A stretch of DNA of 64,000 nucleotides from Patescibacteria group bacterium. GTDB lineage: Bacteria; Patescibacteriota; Microgenomatia; UBA1406; GWC2-37-13. Where the stretch lies: assembly GCA_046350875.1 (NCBI GenBank), contig JAXLZQ010000003.1, forward strand, positions 37,579 through 101,578, written 5' to 3'. This document shows positions 62,056-64,000 of the stretch, piece by piece. The position numbers were made by a program, and so were the translations under genes. How positions within the stretch are numbered: position 1 is the first letter of the stretch; each line of letters opens with the position of its first letter. The notes below the pieces were generated by a model. The model had not been told where the DNA came from, searched no databases, and saw only the letters and a program-made list of their open reading frames with translations.

Positions 62056-64000
62056 TCATTTCCTTCCGCTCCACCAATCGGAGACTTTTGCGATCAGATA
62101 CCAGACTGCTTCAAGTGGATGTGTGATACAGTAGTTTCTATCAATTTTACAGTTCGGCGCGAAGAATATTCGTATTATTTTGTCATACTCTCCTCCACCT
62201 TCTGACATTTTCACTTCAACGTCACTACTTTTGGGTTTATCGCTATAAAAATCAACATATTGGTATTTTGAACTTTTGAGATTTCCCAATGTCTTGATAT
62301 AAATATTTTCCTCTTTCACTTTGATTTGGGCATCGTGAGACAAGAGTATAGGAAAATTGAAATCATCATGAGGCTCCAAAATGATGCGAACTGGATTTCG
62401 GTCCGCGATGGCAAAGGTATTGTGTACGGTCACTTTGCTATATTTATCACTAAGTTTTCTGCCAACAGACTCTGGGAAATAATATGGATAGAATTCAGAA
62501 TATAGGTTTTTATAATAAGCTATCTTCTCAGGTATTTGAAATATACAAACCCCAGAAGCACAATTGATCTCTATGTTGAATGCAGCCCTTAACTTGACCA
62601 TTTTATTTATCAAATGCAAAATAGTGAATCTTGATGATTTCTTATCTTCTGAAAAGGTAATTGGATTATCAACGGGTAGGTAGTTTTCAAATGAAAAGTT
62701 TTTTGTGGTTTTTATTGAGCTAGGCTCTGATTGGATTAACAAATCTCCACTCAATTGCTTAAGTGTTAGTCCAGTTTGGTTAAGTGTTGTGATGATTTCT
62801 CCATTTGCATTCCTGATCTTGATACCTGAAGGCATTGATCCAAAATCATTTGTTACTGGAATAAAAGCGTGTGGACCTGAAAAGGCATCTTTTGGTTTGT
62901 ACCATCTAGAACCATCTAGTGCAAAAGGCGTAATCCAAAAAGCCTCCATTTTCGCAACCTTATCTTTGTAAGGGTCTGTCATGTCATCTGTATAAATTCT
63001 CATGTCAGTGATGTATATAGAGTCAGATTTGTGAATTATTCTTATTCGATAATTGTCTGTGGTCACATTCCATGCTTCGTTCTTGTCATTTTTACCGTAA
63101 TACACACTGATTTTTTTATTTGCAAACTCGTCATTTAGCTTGCTACTATCGCCAAAAACATTCTGAACATGATAGTTGGTCATGTTTTCACTAAGCCATG
63201 TCAATTGACGGATGTAGTCTTCCTGATAAAGATTGTTCATTGAATTTTCAAGACCAAGTAGTATGAATCCAGTTTGTCCTGAGGGCTGATTAAAAGCGTT
63301 TGTTATAAGGTTTTTGAAGTACTCTATATTTTTGCCATCTCTTGCATAATCATTGGGCTGAGAAGTAAATCTACTATCAGTGTCTCCATAGTTATATAGT
63401 GGGTCTGTGACAGTCTGTCGAAGCACAAGTAAGGAATTTTGTTCTGCTGAATTTGGAACGAATATCCAGTTACGGCTTGCTTTGTATGGATAATGAAATG
63501 GTCCACCATAGAGAGTGTAGCTGTCTGTCCCCCATTGCTCACGAGTCAGCTGATGAGATAATACATGGTATTTGTCGTGCAAATAATTTGCGCTCTCTGT
63601 ATCTATGATCCATGCACTTGTAAGCTTGGGATAGTCACCAAATATATCCTTGTATTTAGTCATGTATGCATCAATTAGCTTAAATCTATTTGGATTTTCA
63701 TAACCTACTGTAAGTGCATATTGCGCATGGAACCAATTTTCGTTATTCCCTTTATATTGCACTCCAGCGCTAGCTGCAAGTGAGGGTATGATTTCTATCA
63801 TCCCAGCAGTCTCAACAAGATCCGGGAATTTTGTTTTGTAATCTAGAAGCACATCAATATATCGTTTGTCGTTCAAAACGTCATATCTTAGCGCATATGA
63901 AGCTCTAAGTTTCAACTTAGTTGATGTATCTAGTTGAAGTTTGAGATTGTCAAGTGATCCTGCTCCACAGCACTCCTCACCTCTTACCTGATTTATGATA
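62056..64000 (-). CDS. Large hypothetical protein, 5'-partial (the frame stays open to the window edge)
   Basis: The ORF track starts at TTG 63915, but the frame upstream (..IINQVRGEECCGAGSLDNLKLQLDTSTK) has no stop up to 64000. No family recognised. Confidence 0.5.
   Translation of the reverse strand, partial: IINQVRGEECCGAGSLDNLKLQLDTSTKLKLRASYALRYDVLNDKRYIDVLLDYKTKFPDLVETAGMIEIIPSLAASAGVQYKGNNENWFHAQYALTVGYENPNRFKLIDAYMTKYKDIFGDYPKLTSAWIIDTESANYLHDKYHVLSHQLTREQWGTDSYTLYGGPFHYPYKASRNWIFVPNSAEQNSLLVLRQTVTDPLYNYGDTDSRFTSQPNDYARDGKNIEYFKNLITNAFNQPSGQTGFILLGLENSMNNLYQEDYIRQLTWLSENMTNYHVQNVFGDSSKLNDEFANKKISVYYGKNDKNEAWNVTTDNYRIRIIHKSDSIYITDMRIYTDDMTDPYKDKVAKMEAFWITPFALDGSRWYKPKDAFSGPHAFIPVTNDFGSMPSGIKIRNANGEIITTLNQTGLTLKQLSGDLLIQSEPSSIKTTKNFSFENYLPVDNPITFSEDKKSSRFTILHLINKMVKLRAAFNIEINCASGVCIFQIPEKIAYYKNLYSEFYPYYFPESVGRKLSDKYSKVTVHNTFAIADRNPVRIILEPHDDFNFPILLSHDAQIKVKEENIYIKTLGNLKSSKYQYVDFYSDKPKSSDVEVKMSEGGGEYDKIIRIFFAPNCKIDRNYCITHPLEAVWYLIAKVSDWWSGRK

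Noticed and set aside
1-64000. Possible alternative genetic code (UGA recoding, as in some CPR lineages)
   Set aside because: Conserved proteins (RecG, RNase J, ProRS, PilB, the PBP) have normal lengths under the standard code, and several genes terminate at TGA (for example at 7866 and 8411). The interrupted genes are frame shifts, not in-frame TGA codons.

Overview
This is an AT-rich, very gene-dense bacterial window read in the standard code (conserved ORFs have normal lengths and end at TAA/TAG/TGA). The gene content looks like a reduced Candidate Phyla Radiation/Patescibacteria-type genome. That is an inference from a 152-aa EF-Ts, a 415-aa ProRS without an editing insertion, a gamma-only DnaX, a secretin-less type IV pilus locus and many small membrane ORFans. 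Housekeeping genes recognised: greA, ybaB-like, recR, lgt, RNase J, dnaX, rpsU, proS, pgeF, rseP, frr, tsf, rpsB, galU, tmk, recG, PBP1A, rpsP, rnc, nusB, rpmF, and tRNA-Pro(CGG), tRNA-Ile(GAU) and tRNA-Val(UAC). The largest functional block is a type IV pilus locus (43.4-53.3 kb): two tandem major pilins, pilC, pilT and pilB, then divergently four minor pilins and pilMNO. Six things stand out. (1) The tRNA-Pro locus is a mosaic: the tRNA sits in a perfect extended helix and is followed by tRNA-Pro-derived copies carrying precise insertions. (2) A 56-nt module occurs twice, gap-free and 47/56 identical, both times next to tRNAs. The second copy lies in an 835-nt gene-free tract holding tRNA-Ile and tRNA-Val. 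(3) Arrays of a 7-nt unit (AYTYGGA / WTTNGRA type) recur in intergenic regions, often as inverted pairs at gene 3' ends. (4) A soluble MgtE-N/CBS gene is tightly coupled to an NRAMP-family transporter lacking the canonical DPGN/MPH metal-site residues. (5) Three genes are decayed: a Tes/MJ0619-like radical SAM gene, a DUF59 gene and a four-helix-bundle gene. (6) Several ORFan pairs have no assignable function. No CRISPR array, rRNA, transposase, integrase or recognisable defence system is visible. All functional calls come from motif recognition by eye; no database search was run.
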